A DNA stretch of 64,000 nt, taken from Candidatus Latescibacterota bacterium (GTDB lineage Bacteria > Latescibacterota > UBA2968 > UBA8231). The position numbers and the translations under genes are program-made. Location of the stretch: NCBI GenBank assembly GCA_965219385.1, contig CBDCNM010000002.1:96639-160638 (forward strand), in the 5' to 3' direction. Shown piece after piece: positions 1 to 10,871 of the stretch (position 1 is the first letter of the stretch; each line of letters starts with the position of its first letter). The notes beneath the pieces were generated by a model. It did not search any database, was not told the DNA's origin, and worked only from the letters and a program-made list of their open reading frames with translations.

Positions 1-2599
1 CTTTAACGTTCCCCTCATCATCGACGACCTTTAACGTCTCATCGAGGAGCATATCCTGGGAGAAGAGCTGTTCAAGCCCGACCTCAATGTTAGTTTTCCT
101 AAGGACCGGAAACCCGAAGACCAGGGAGAATAGACCCGTCCATTCGTCTCGTTCCCTCCCGCCGATGGCGTAGGGGGTATTGTCCTTGAAAAGTTCGCTT
201 TTGAACTTCGGATGGATCATCAAGTCCCCGACTCTGTAGACATAATCGACCTTGTTGATGATGCCCAAAAGGCGAGTGTCCTTTTTAATATCGATTTGGT
301 CTTCATCACGTCTTTGGTGAAGTATCTCGTATTTGAACTTATTGACGAAGTTCATCCCCCAGTTGGAGGCACGATCGTATCCGAACCAGGCGGTATTTAT
401 CCAGGTGTCCTCGGCCGCAAGTTGGTCTTCAACTTTTTGATCCGACCCAGACGACCTCGGGGACTGCATCCACTGGATGAGATCGTCCTGGACGTTGTCT
501 TTGACCTTTTTGATCATATTGAAGAGGCGAAACCTGCCGATATTTGCGTATTCCCTTTCGAATGTGAAAAATCCATACGTGGTCAAATTTCGTTTGTCAC
601 TCGATATGAGAAACTCGCGCTCTTGGCCCACTGTCAGCCTTATATCGGGCGTTATGTAGCCTCCTAGGTAAGCGTTATATCCCTTTCGATCCCTTTTGTA
701 GGGATAATCCGGCTCGTCGTCGTTTTCAAACCTGTCTATCCATCCGTTGTTGTTCATGTCCATTCCGAAGAGGTATTCGGGGCGGTCTGAGCTATATCTG
801 AGGAAGGGTTCCTCGTAGTCGGGGATGGTATTCTCCCGGAATCTGGTGCTGTTTTGATTGAAGTCAGATATGGAGTCGTTATTTTCGTCCCATCCGGGGA
901 AGACGGCCTCGTCGGCAATCCCCTCCAACCCCTTTGATTCAAAAGCTCCCATTTCACTTGAGGTCCTGCTGTCCTGAAATATCCGCTTTTGGTCGGGCTT
1001 CCTGTCCTGATCATCGTTGTCGTCCACAAAGTCGTAGATGCTCTTCGTCTCGTCCTCGTAGTCGATCCTGCCACTACCCCTTGCGTCCACGATAAAGGGG
1101 CTCGTGTTATAGTTATCGTCCATATAGAAGCCCTCTGCAAAGAAGTACCAAGGATAGGAGTTCTTCGAAAGGTTCATCATCCACGCCTCGGACGCCTTAT
1201 CGTCGATGACCCCCGAAAAGGAGTCGTGCGTCTCGAAGCGGATGTTGGGATATTGTCTGAACTGGTGGTTCACGTCGAACTCAGTGTAAAGGTTGAATCC
1301 CCAAAGCTCGTTCACCTCTAATGTGAAGCCGTAAACCTGGTTCGCCGTGGGCAGCCCGTAGTTAAAGACGACCTCCCTCTTGTTCGAGGCGTCCTTGACG
1401 TTTCCCGCGGCACTGGTCACCAGTAGGAAGATCGGCTGTCCATCCTTATTGGTCTGTCGGTCAGATGTCATCTCTACTTTGTAGTCATTGACCAAAGTCA
1501 GCCTAAACCTGATATTTTTGATGTTATTTACAGCATCACTATCGTCCAATATCTCCATCAAATCGGGCAGGTTGTATCGAATCATTATCTCTTCGGTTCC
1601 GTCTGCGGCTCTCACCCCCTCCCGGGGAGTGCCGCCCTCTATACCGGGCCTGAAACCTATCTGGTTTCCCGATAAGACCGTGTCCCTGTCGCTGATTTTG
1701 GTCTCTATCTCTACATCATCGGAAATGAGGATGGCACCGCCTGTGTTGTCCTCCGGGGAGTCGTCGCTTAGCCGGATGGTTATGATGCTGATCTTATCCT
1801 GCAGCTGGCCCGAGGTGAGGAACCCCTTAAACGGATTGCCTTTGAAGCTTTCCAGTGTGCCTCTGCCGTTGTGAGCATTGACAAACGTCCCCCCCACTGT
1901 GACGAAATCCCCGACTTTGACCTTCGCCCTGCCCCCTATCAGATTAGTATAGTCATTAATAACAACGGGATTTGGGTCCGTCCCGAAGCCCGGAGCGTTG
2001 ATCCTGGAAAACAGGGCGGTAGCTGAGGAATTGTCCGACAGAAAATCGACCTGAGCACCTCTGAAGGTGGACTTTCTAAATGTCATCGGCGTTAGGGTCG
2101 TGAGTATCTCATCGCCTAGGGTGATGGAGTAGAAATACTCTCCCTTCTGGTCCGCCGAGATTATAAGCGAGCGAAAGAAGCTGGCATACTGTGCCCTTCT
2201 GAGGATACTACTATTCTCAGTTGACCTCGGGTGCTCCTGTTTCCAGTCGTATACCAACCACCCTCTGGTTATAAAATTCCCATAAAGATCGTAAAAGTAG
2301 TCTCCCTCAAGATCACGATCTACATAGCGTTGGTACGTATTCTTGCTGTAGTTAGTGTAGTCCCACGTCTGCCATTGATATTCCTGGTATAGTTCCTGCG
2401 GGAGATACCAATCCTTCAGGACAGGATCCAAAGCGCCGAAGAGTATCCCTGGCCCTTGAGGTCGAAACGCCACCTTGCCCCTTTGTCTCTGCCCTAAGCG
2501 ACTGCCGTAGTCCTGCTGGGGAAAGGCGCGTCCCCAAGAAAGGGCGAGCAAAAGGAGACAAACTATCGCACTACCCAATATGGTGTGACCTTTTAACAT
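1..2599 (-). CDS. Large Asp-rich secreted/outer-membrane protein, paralog of 2745..5561; 3' end runs off the window
   Basis: Missing from the ORF track, consistent with no in-window stop. Translated by hand from ATG 2599 (RBS AGGAGGGAG): MLKGHTILGSAIVCLLLLALSWGRAFPQQDYGSRLG...GPGILFGALDPVLKDWYLPQELYQEYQW... It is collinear with the 938-aa neighbour and the same frame is open at the window edge. Confidence 0.9.
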   Translation of the reverse strand, partial: MLKGHTILGSAIVCLLLLALSWGRAFPQQDYGSRLGQRQRGKVAFRPQGPGILFGALDPVLKDWYLPQELYQEYQWQTWDYTNYSKNTYQRYVDRDLEGDYFYDLYGNFITRGWLVYDWKQEHPRSTENSSILRRAQYASFFRSLIISADQKGEYFYSITLGDEILTTLTPMTFRKSTFRGAQVDFLSDNSSATALFSRINAPGFGTDPNPVVINDYTNLIGGRAKVKVGDFVTVGGTFVNAHNGRGTLESFKGNPFKGFLTSGQLQDKISIITIRLSDDSPEDNTGGAILISDDVEIETKISDRDTVLSGNQIGFRPGIEGGTPREGVRAADGTEEIMIRYNLPDLMEILDDSDAVNNIKNIRFRLTLVNDYKVEMTSDRQTNKDGQPIFLLVTSAAGNVKDASNKREVVFNYGLPTANQVYGFTLEVNELWGFNLYTEFDVNHQFRQYPNIRFETHDSFSGVIDDKASEAWMMNLSKNSYPWYFFAEGFYMDDNYNTSPFIVDARGSGRIDYEDETKSIYDFVDDNDDQDRKPDQKRIFQDSRTSSEMGAFESKGLEGIADEAVFPGWDENNDSISDFNQNSTRFRENTIPDYEEPFLRYSSDRPEYLFGMDMNNNGWIDRFENDDEPDYPYKRDRKGYNAYLGGYITPDIRLTVGQEREFLISSDKRNLTTYGFFTFEREYANIGRFRLFNMIKKVKDNVQDDLIQWMQSPRSSGSDQKVEDQLAAEDTWINTAWFGYDRASNWGMNFVNKFKYEILHQRRDEDQIDIKKDTRLLGIINKVDYVYRVGDLMIHPKFKSELFKDNTPYAIGGRERDEWTGLFSLVFGFPVLRKTNIEVGLEQLFSQDMLLDETLKVVDDEGNVK

Positions 2600-2632
2600 T
2601 TGGTCTCCCTCCTAATCTTCTATCTCCTATTC

Positions 2633-2681
2633 GTAGGGGCGAGGGAACCTCGCCCCAGGGGCTGGGTTACCCAGCCCCTAC
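2633..2681. repeat. GTAG-type REP-like palindrome (double hairpin)
   Basis: GTAGGGGCGAGG-gaa-CCTCGCCCC then AGGGGCTGGG-tta-CCCAGCCCCTAC. The outer ends GTAGGGGC/GCCCCTAC are also inverted repeats. Confidence 0.65.
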
Positions 2682-2744
2682 ATTTCAAGTAGGTATAATC
2701 TAGCACATAAAGCCACAAGCCATCTCTGCAAATGCGGTAGTTTA

Positions 2745-5561
2745 CTATTGTAACCCAGCGTAGATGATCACAAAGGTGGTGGTACCCGTCTCCACCTCGT
2801 TCCTCTTCGCGATATCCAGGTCCTTCGCTTTGATCGTCTCGGTCAATGTCCTTGTAAAGCTGAAGCCCGTCTTCATAATAAGCTTATATCCCAGATAGTC
2901 CGTCAATGTAGACCACTGTACCGCAAGTACAGAGTTGTTAAAATCGCCCGTGGGTCCCACAGTTCCCCGCTCCAGGAGCTCGTCCTCATCTGCTCTCAAT
3001 TCGGTAAAATGCACAAATTCTGCGCCTAACTCCACCAACGTCCTTTGAAGCACGGGGAACTCCAGGATCAGGGAGAATAACTTCGACCAGTGTCGCTCAT
3101 CCTCATCACGATCTAAGAATGGCGTCTGTCTTAAAAATTCGCTTTTAAATCTGGGCCGGATAAAAATATCGCCGATCGAGTAGGTATAGTCCGCTTTATT
3201 TATAAGCCCAAAAAAGGATGAGGTATCGTTTAAGGGACTCTTATCCAAAGCCCTCGGATCTGAAGATTGTTGGCTGAACGTCTCATATTTGATCTTGTTG
3301 ATAATGTTCAAATTGGAGATTTTAGTGTAGTCCAACCCGATCCAGAGTGTATTCACCCAGGTGTCCTGGGCGGGTAGGATGTCAGGTACATTTGGAGGTA
3401 TCTGCACTCGTGTAAATGATAATAGCGGCGGCTCGCGGCGGTCGTCGGGGATGTTATCCTTGGTCCTCTTTAACATCTCGAAGACCCTGAGCCTCCCCAG
3501 GCGCTGGTAGTCCTTATCCAATGTGAAGAGTCCATAGGTGGTTATATTCTCCTTTTCGGAGGATAGAAGTTCCTCGCGGGTCTGACCTACCGAGAGCCTC
3601 GCGTCGGGAGCTACGCTCGCTCCGATGTAGGCGTTGTACCCGCGGTGATCCCTCTTGTAGGGGAAATCCGGCTCATCGTCGTTTTCGAACCTGTCTATCC
3701 AGTTGTTGTTGTTCAGATCGATGCCGAACAGAAACTCCGGACGGTCCACGCTGTACCTTAGGAACGGCTCCTCGTAGTCAGGTATGCTGTTGCTGACCGA
3801 CTTGTTGTCGTTTTGGTTGAAGTCGGATATGAAGTCGTTATTCTCGTCCCAGCCGGGGAAGTTAGCCCCGTCAGGGCCCCCCTGCAACATTCGTGTCCAG
3901 TCTGGTGTCCTATCCTGATCGTCATTATCCTCTACAAATTCGTACAGAAACCTCGTCGGGACATCGTAATTGATATTCCCCCTAGTATTGACAATAAAAG
4001 GACTGGTGGAATAGTCGGGGTCCATAGAGAAGACTTCCCCGAAGAAGAACCACGGGTAGGAACGGTAGGAGAGGTTCGCCATAAGCGCCTCCGATCTGGA
4101 GGAGGCGACATCAAAGTTCTCTTCCTCGGTGAAGAGGGCGAGGTTGGGATATTGTCTGAATCTGTGGTTGACGTCGTACTCCGCATAAAGGTCAAAGCCT
4201 CTAATATCGTTCGCCTCCAGGGTGAAGCCATATATCTGATTGGCCGTCGGCAGTCCGTAGTCGAAGACGATCCTCTGCCGGTTGGAGCTGTCCTTTATGT
4301 TATCATCCGCCCTTGCGATATCCAAAAGCACGGGCGGTTTGTCGCCATCTATGATCTCTCCTGTTAGGGGAGGAACTGGAACGATGTTCTTCCCCGTCTG
4401 CCTGTCCGACCACACCTGAACCTTAAAGTCGTTGGCCAGGACCAGGTCAAATGTTACCTTCACGATCTCGGTCGGATTCGGTCCGGTGTACGCCGGGTCC
4501 GTGAAATCGTAGTTGATCACTATCTTCTCGGTTCCGTCCGCTGACAGGAACCCCTCCTCCTGAAATCCTCCCTCTATAATCGGCCACCTGGTCGGATCGC
4601 TTGTGACATTTCGTAGCCTTAGAGTTTGGCGAACTCCGGTCTCGAAATCCTGGCGGACTATAATTATATCCTGCTCGAACAAGGCTGTCCCCCCGACCTC
4701 GTCCTCAGGAGAATCGTCTGAAAGGACGACGGCGATAGCCGTGACGGGACGGTCAACTTGGCCCTCACCGAGCGTGCCCTTAAAGGAGCTCCTGTCGAAG
4801 GCATCTAACGTAGATCGGGTATTGTGAGCGTTTATGTACGTTGCACCGATCTTGACAAAATCGCCGATCTGAGCCGTCGCCCTGCCTCCGAGCATATTTG
4901 TGCTATTAGTCGTCCTGCTCGGGCCAACCGTCTCGCTGAGTGCAGGACTCGAAATCCGCGAAAGTAACACAGTTGCCTCATACTTATCCGACGCGAAGTC
5001 CAACTGCAGCCCGTTGAAAGAGGGCTTTGAAAAGGTCATAGGGGTCAGAGTGGTTCTGATTTGATCGCCCACGGTTATGGAGTAGTAGTACTCCCCCTTC
5101 GAGTCGGAGGCGACCAGCACCCGGCTGAACCAGTCATTGTACTTTCCATCCTTAAAGAGGGCGTTTCCAAGCGGAGCAGGTCCCTGCTGCCTCCAGTCGT
5201 AGATCAGCCAGCCCTTCGTCACATAGTTTCCGTAGAGATCGTAAAAATAGTCGCCCTCAAAGGCGGTATCCACGTAGCGCTCGTAAGGGACCCTGGCGTA
5301 GTTGGAGTACTCCCACGTCTTCCACTGGTACTCCTGGTAGAGCTCCTGGGGAACGTACCATTTTTTCACTGCAGGGTCCAGTGCTCCGAAGAGCACACCC
5401 GGCCCCTTCGGCTCGAACGTGACCGCGCCGCCACGCCGCGCCCCCGTGCGGACGCCGTACGTCTGAGAATGGGCGCGGTCGCTAAAAACTACGACCGAAA
5501 AGACGAAGACCAACACCCCAACTAGGAACTTCCTTTGAAGTCCTGAATACTCTCTTGACAT
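2745..5561 (-). CDS. Large Asp-rich secreted/outer-membrane protein of unknown function (938 aa)
   Basis: N-terminal signal peptide (…FSDRAHS|Q). DxDxD-like Ca-binding motifs (EDNDDQDRTPD, WDENNDFISD, IDLNNNNWID). Amphipathic beta-strand-rich C-terminus. Confidence 0.85.
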   Translation of the reverse strand: MSREYSGLQRKFLVGVLVFVFSVVVFSDRAHSQTYGVRTGARRGGAVTFEPKGPGVLFGALDPAVKKWYVPQELYQEYQWKTWEYSNYARVPYERYVDTAFEGDYFYDLYGNYVTKGWLIYDWRQQGPAPLGNALFKDGKYNDWFSRVLVASDSKGEYYYSITVGDQIRTTLTPMTFSKPSFNGLQLDFASDKYEATVLLSRISSPALSETVGPSRTTNSTNMLGGRATAQIGDFVKIGATYINAHNTRSTLDAFDRSSFKGTLGEGQVDRPVTAIAVVLSDDSPEDEVGGTALFEQDIIIVRQDFETGVRQTLRLRNVTSDPTRWPIIEGGFQEEGFLSADGTEKIVINYDFTDPAYTGPNPTEIVKVTFDLVLANDFKVQVWSDRQTGKNIVPVPPLTGEIIDGDKPPVLLDIARADDNIKDSSNRQRIVFDYGLPTANQIYGFTLEANDIRGFDLYAEYDVNHRFRQYPNLALFTEEENFDVASSRSEALMANLSYRSYPWFFFGEVFSMDPDYSTSPFIVNTRGNINYDVPTRFLYEFVEDNDDQDRTPDWTRMLQGGPDGANFPGWDENNDFISDFNQNDNKSVSNSIPDYEEPFLRYSVDRPEFLFGIDLNNNNWIDRFENDDEPDFPYKRDHRGYNAYIGASVAPDARLSVGQTREELLSSEKENITTYGLFTLDKDYQRLGRLRVFEMLKRTKDNIPDDRREPPLLSFTRVQIPPNVPDILPAQDTWVNTLWIGLDYTKISNLNIINKIKYETFSQQSSDPRALDKSPLNDTSSFFGLINKADYTYSIGDIFIRPRFKSEFLRQTPFLDRDEDERHWSKLFSLILEFPVLQRTLVELGAEFVHFTELRADEDELLERGTVGPTGDFNNSVLAVQWSTLTDYLGYKLIMKTGFSFTRTLTETIKAKDLDIAKRNEVETGTTTFVIIYAGLQ

Positions 5562-5636
5562 CGCGATACCTCACCTTGGCTAAAGGCAGCAGATAGGACA
5601 CCACCTCCCCCTGCCCCCTATCCACTACCTACTGCT

Positions 5637-7892
5637 TTAATACACTACCGATACGATTTCGCTTGCTACTTCAGTACCCGTGTCTGCATTAACTTCTACC
5701 CTGAAGATATATGTCCCCGGTGGCAGTAGATTCCCACCTTTATCCGTCCCGTCCCATTCCCATAGTTTCCTATCCCCACTTTTGGGAGGGTAACTTCCGC
5801 TTTTATCGTTACCTGAGTATACCTCCTTGAGGAGCCTCCCCGAAAGGTCGTAGATACCCATCGAAACCTGCCCCTCTCTGGTTAAGCTCGTAATATCGTA
5901 GTTTATGGTGGTAAAGTCGTTGACCCCGTCCCCGTTCGGCGTGAAGGGATTCGGAACCACCAGAAGGTTGATCAGAAGCTCCTCCTCTATCGGCACCTGC
6001 ACCACGAGGTTCGCCGGGTTGTGCACGAGGGGAGCGCCCTCCATTATATCCACTACGTTGCCACCTACCGCCTCCTGGGAGATATCAAGCTCGCCTGTGA
6101 CGGCATCTATGTTCAACGCCTCGCCGACAAACGCCGTCCCGATCCTGAGCACAATGCCCCTGAAGTTCACCCTTACGACCGTTATCTCCCCCGCCTCTAT
6201 ATCGCTCCTTTGGACCTCGGGGAAGCTGATAGAAAAGCGATCCTCCTCTACAAAGTCCACGCTAAAGTCCTTCCGACTTACGGGCAGATCGGTAAGATCT
6301 GCATCGGAGAAGTCCTGGGAGGCGCTCGTCCCGTCCGGGAAGATCATCTCTATTTTGTCGATGGACACCACCCTGACGGGGGTTGTGATCTGGAAGGAGC
6401 TGAACCCTTTGTCGACGCCCGGCCGCATATCGGGCAGGATCGAATACTCAAACTCGGTGATTCGTCCCAGACCCACCTGTCGAGGGGAAATTTCGGCTAA
6501 TATCTCCCGCGCAAGGGGAGAAGCGGAGAAGTCGAAGGACAGCGCGCTGACGCCCTTCGCCAAAAAGAGCTCGTCGCTTGAGAAGTCAAGCTTGATCTGG
6601 AAGAACCGGCGCGGACTCGGAGAGAGGATCTCCACGCCCCCTTCTCCCAGCACTACCTGCCCTTCGGTGGCGATTCCAGCGGGAGAATAGGGCGGCGTCC
6701 ACAGGCTCCAGTTTTCTATGTCATCCCTTACCGAACCTTTTTCTTTCTCTAACGTCACGCTCTTGGTCTCGTAGTCGGACTGGGTGAGGGATATGGCGTT
6801 CCTCTCCTCCAGACTCAATTCGCGGAAGGTAAGCATAGCGTCTGCCACACTTAGATTATCAAGTTCAGATACTATCTCCCTTTCCCTTGAACCCTCGTCG
6901 AGGTCTTCTATGCTCTTCCAAGGCACTTCCTCGCCCTCAGGATCGATCTTCTGCTTTTTTTCCTCATCGAGCCTGACTCGATTGAACACCACGGGCGTGC
7001 TGTCCACTCCGCTCCTCGTCCTCACTGTGACTTTGGAGGGTACGGCATCGCCGATGCTGTCCTGCGCCCAGCGTATCTTACCCAAAAGGGCGAAGGCCTC
7101 TCCCAAATCTAATATATCCGACAGATACTTCGCTGTTGGCACGAACCCCTGTCCGAAGACCTGGAACTCCGAAATCTCAAAGCCGACGGTGGTCTCTGAT
7201 GTAATCTTGATGAAGCGTACAAGCTGAGGGACTATCGGCAAATCGACGACAGGTTGATCGTTTTGCAACTCAAGCAGGTAGGTCGTATATATCGGCCTCC
7301 CCCCGCTTTGGGTCTCATCGCTGCCATCGTTCAAAGAGAGTTTATACGCCCTTATAAAATCGTCCTGAAACGGGAAGTCGGGGGTCGGAAAATCAGGATC
7401 GGCGTTTCTGGGGAAAAACTTTATCCTACTCACGCCGAACTGCGATCCCAGATCGATTTCTATTACTACCCCGAGGGTGTAGACCTGCTTCAGTTCGGTG
7501 CTCTTCCTCTCAAAGGCGGTGCTGGGGTTATTATCTATCATCTTTTTCAGATCCTCACCGATGTCTGCCACCACAGTGGGAGCTGTTACCGAACCTCCCC
7601 TGTCGAGGATCTCCAGGGAGATGTTTTCTGTGCTATCCACCTTCTGGGGGAATATCCAACCCTGTCTGCCTTCGAAATTAAAATCGATGACTCCGCCCGG
7701 TGTGTTCCCACTTTCCACTTCCTTAGAACCCACTATAAACACGGGTGTAATGCCTCCGCCACCGTCTGCCCAAGATTTTCCCTGATCTCCGCCGAGGATG
7801 ATTATTTCCTTTGCTTGGCCATTGCTGATTAACAAAGAAAGACAGATCAAACTAGCCGGAGCAAGTAGTAGAATTCCTCTTTTAATGCCCAT
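5637..7892 (-). CDS. Secreted protein with a discoidin-like region and a C-terminal FlgD-Ig / T9SS-type sorting domain
   Basis: Signal peptide. C-terminal PNPFTPNGDGVND...IYDLSGRLL...WDGTDKGGNLLPPGTYI motif. Confidence 0.85.
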   Translation of the reverse strand: MGIKRGILLLAPASLICLSLLISNGQAKEIIILGGDQGKSWADGGGGITPVFIVGSKEVESGNTPGGVIDFNFEGRQGWIFPQKVDSTENISLEILDRGGSVTAPTVVADIGEDLKKMIDNNPSTAFERKSTELKQVYTLGVVIEIDLGSQFGVSRIKFFPRNADPDFPTPDFPFQDDFIRAYKLSLNDGSDETQSGGRPIYTTYLLELQNDQPVVDLPIVPQLVRFIKITSETTVGFEISEFQVFGQGFVPTAKYLSDILDLGEAFALLGKIRWAQDSIGDAVPSKVTVRTRSGVDSTPVVFNRVRLDEEKKQKIDPEGEEVPWKSIEDLDEGSREREIVSELDNLSVADAMLTFRELSLEERNAISLTQSDYETKSVTLEKEKGSVRDDIENWSLWTPPYSPAGIATEGQVVLGEGGVEILSPSPRRFFQIKLDFSSDELFLAKGVSALSFDFSASPLAREILAEISPRQVGLGRITEFEYSILPDMRPGVDKGFSSFQITTPVRVVSIDKIEMIFPDGTSASQDFSDADLTDLPVSRKDFSVDFVEEDRFSISFPEVQRSDIEAGEITVVRVNFRGIVLRIGTAFVGEALNIDAVTGELDISQEAVGGNVVDIMEGAPLVHNPANLVVQVPIEEELLINLLVVPNPFTPNGDGVNDFTTINYDITSLTREGQVSMGIYDLSGRLLKEVYSGNDKSGSYPPKSGDRKLWEWDGTDKGGNLLPPGTYIFRVEVNADTGTEVASEIVSVVY

Positions 7893-8059
7893 CGAGATCC
7901 CCTCCTAAAGTCATCGGCGCTACCGAATTCCAGCAAACATTAATTAGACATGTTGCGTAATAATCTCTTTAACAACTCAAGCAAGCTCAGTTTTAGATAG
8001 TGGCTACTTGTCAATGGCCACGACATCGTGGACAGTTTTTGGGGCTAAATCTAACCAAG

Positions 8060-10871
8060 CTAATGGTCAGGACATCGTGGACGTTTCCGGCGGAAAGCAG
8101 GTAGTAACCGCTGCATCGTTTGCTGGAGTTTGAAACGACGTTTTTGAGTTGTTTCCAGGCCGCCTCCGCCTCTGTCTGGTATTTGATCGTCAGGATTTGC
8201 TCGGCGGTATCCACCGTTGCCCAGACATATTCGCCGACCCAACGGGAGCCGACCGACCAGATTTCGTTCAACAGGCGAATGTTTCCATGCACGTCCACCT
8301 TGCGAATGAAATGGATGCGTCCTGCTGTAATCGGCAAAGGATCGGGGATCAAACAACGTAAAGAGGCCGTAAGTCGTATCGGTTGAAAGCCCCGACGCAT
8401 TTGTGCCGGTGTCTTGTCTTGTAGACAAGGCGGCGGTTGGTAGCGGGTATGATACCACCATAAAAAGGTCGGAATTTCGGCCTGGACGTGCGCCAAGTCG
8501 CGGAATTTCTGCCGCGACCAGAAAGCGCTGACCCACAGGCTGTGAAAACGTTCGATCCAGTAGTTGCGCTTGGCTTCGTGGACGGGGATGAACAACGGTT
8601 CGATGCCGACGAACAGGCATAAGCGCACGACTCGACCGATCACACGCGGATGGGTATGCCCCCCGCAGAAGGCATTTTCGTTGTCGACCTGTTGGATGAA
8701 AGGCAATCCCAAATTTGCCCAGGTTGATAATAGATGCATACCGGCCCGCGTGCTGGTTTTGTCGGCATATTGCGATAAGTGCACCGCATGGGTGTAATGA
8801 TCTATCGTATGAAAATTTTGGATCTCTTCGCCGCCGTGGACGTGACGGGTGATAATGTCGGTGGCGTGGATGGCATTGGGAGCCCAGGCTACCGGTTCGG
8901 GGTAATAGCAGGCCGTTGAAAAACGGGTGTTTTGCAGATTATATCGTGTGTTTGACCGGAAAAGACGGCAACCGACCTCAAGACGCCCTTTATAGATAAA
9001 TGCCCGCAAAGCGCGGTAGCCTTTTCCCAGGCGATTCAATGCCGATTTGAGCCGGTTACCAAAGGCCCCCAAGGCTGACCATAGCCTATGGAGCCCCCTC
9101 GGCGTCCCCAGGCCGGTGATGTTGCGCATCACCAGCCCGAGATTGAAGGCGCCGCCGTGAATACACAACCGTTTGTAGATCGGAGACGGGCCGCGCAGGT
9201 GGGTACGACGCATACCCCCGGTTTCATATATATGGGCGAAACTACGTTCCGTATACTCGGCGCGACGCCGTTGCAGGGCTCGGCCACGGGCCCCGCATAT
9301 GCGTCGACGGTTGCCATACACCGCCGCCTGCGCCTCGGGATCCTTTTTCCACCGGCGGTGCCCGCGATCAGGCTCGGAAAGGTAACTGCGGATCTGAGCG
9401 CTCTTCAACGTCTTGGCGATGTCATTGCTGTGATACCCCTTATCTGTTACTACTTCAGCGAGCAACGAGGACGGCGCCCATTGCATGCGGACCGCCTCAT
9501 CGACCAGGACTTCCTCCAGATTCAGGGCGGCCTGGATCAGACTCCAGGGCAGCGACTCGGTGTCCCCCTCATCGGCGCCGCACACCTGTACCGCCACCAG
9601 CGCCTGGGTGTCCAGATCGACCGTATGCTCGGCCTTGTGGGCCAAGTGGGTGCGCCCGTCTTTCATCTGGGTCATGCGGGCCTCCGGGTCATGCGGATGC
9701 TTCCAGTCCTTATTGGAACCCTTCTTCGGACGCTTCTGGTCGAGCTTCGCCAGCGCCTGCCGCGTCGGCGTCTCGATCCCTTCGGCCTGGGCCGCCCCTC
9801 CAGATACGCGTCGTAGCTTTCCCCGGTGTCCCGCCGCACAATGCTGCGCAGCGCGGCGTTGGCCTCCAGTGTCGTGGCGTCCACCGCCACCGTCTTCCCC
9901 TTAAGCAGGCCTTGTTGGGCCAACCCCTTCAGCACCCAGTTGAAGACCGCTTGGTGTACTTCCAACGGCAGGCGCTGGCGAATGCGCGACCGGCTCGAAT
10001 GGTCCGGCGTGAGCTCGGTCAAGGCGTAGCCCAGAAACCGGCGCAGGGCCAGCGAATCGGCGACCCGCCAGGCAATGCCTCGCTCCGAGCCCAAGCCCTC
10101 GAAGTAGCCGATCATGAGCATGCGGAAATAGACCCCGGGCGCAATACGGGGCCGGCCCAAGGTCTCCGCGTAATACGGGGCACGAGCTCTTCTACAAAGA
10201 GATCAAACCCATGCGCCGCCAGCAGCTTATTGAGTTGGGTGTAAAACGGATGGCCCGGTGCCTCGGGCAGGGCGCTGATCGGCACCCACATTTCTTGTTG
10301 CTGACTTTCTCGACGCTTGCTCATCGACATACACCGGCCTCCTTCTGGGCGTTGACTCTTACCAATCTAAAAAGAAAGGGTCGGTACGCCAAGGCCATCA
10401 TTTTGCTATATTTCAGACCTATTCAACATTTCAGACTTTTTCAACGGCCTGATAGGTCGTATCGTGAGCTATACCTCGAGATTGGGTCCGTCCATGTCGG
10501 GCTAAGATACGTTGGATCGTCCGGCCACTGGGCACCGGCCTGACCTGGCGTCGTTCCAATTCGGCGCGAAGGGCGCGATGGCCGATCAACCCATACTTTG
10601 TCTGGCAGGTTGCCCCTTGTTCGAAAAGCGGTCGAAGGGTGACCACGGCTTGCTCGATATGGGCGGGTATCTGATGGGGTGATCCATGGGGCGCCCGGGG
10701 CCGATCGCTGAAATCGGTTTGGGGATGGCGTTGGTATGCGGCCCACCATTTGCTGAACCAGCTCGGACTGCGCTCCAACGTCTGACAGATATCGCAACGA
10801 CGCTCGCCTTGCAAGCGACGACGAATGGCTTCTTGACGAAGCTCTTGTTCCGAAGTATAAGTGTCCATCAT
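8060..10871 (-). pseudogene. IS481-like DDE transposase, split by IS1182 and frameshifted near the C-terminus
   Basis: N-terminal HTH part MMDTYTSEQELRQEAIRRRLQG...AHDTT (10871-10456) rejoins in frame to YYPEP...ATD...QVDN...IERFH (integrase core, below 8908) once the IS1182 is removed. Frameshift near 8150. Confidence 0.85.
8909..10451 (-). mobile_element. IS1182-family element copy 1 (transposase pseudogene)
   Basis: IRs CAGGCCGTTGAAAAA at both ends. 4-bp duplication ATAG (8905-8908, 10452-10455). Transposase with GRPxIAPGVYFRMLMIGYFEG and VDATTLEANAA starts at 10330 and has frameshifts near 10185 and 9795. Confidence 0.9.

Noticed and set aside
212..2561. Short ORFs listed in the first 2.6 kb
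   Set aside because: They are shadows of the long minus-strand gene starting at 2599.
8011..9675. 554-aa ORF as a genuine novel two-domain transposase
   Set aside because: It is an IS1182/IS481 junction read-through, with the IR and ATAG duplication at the fusion point.
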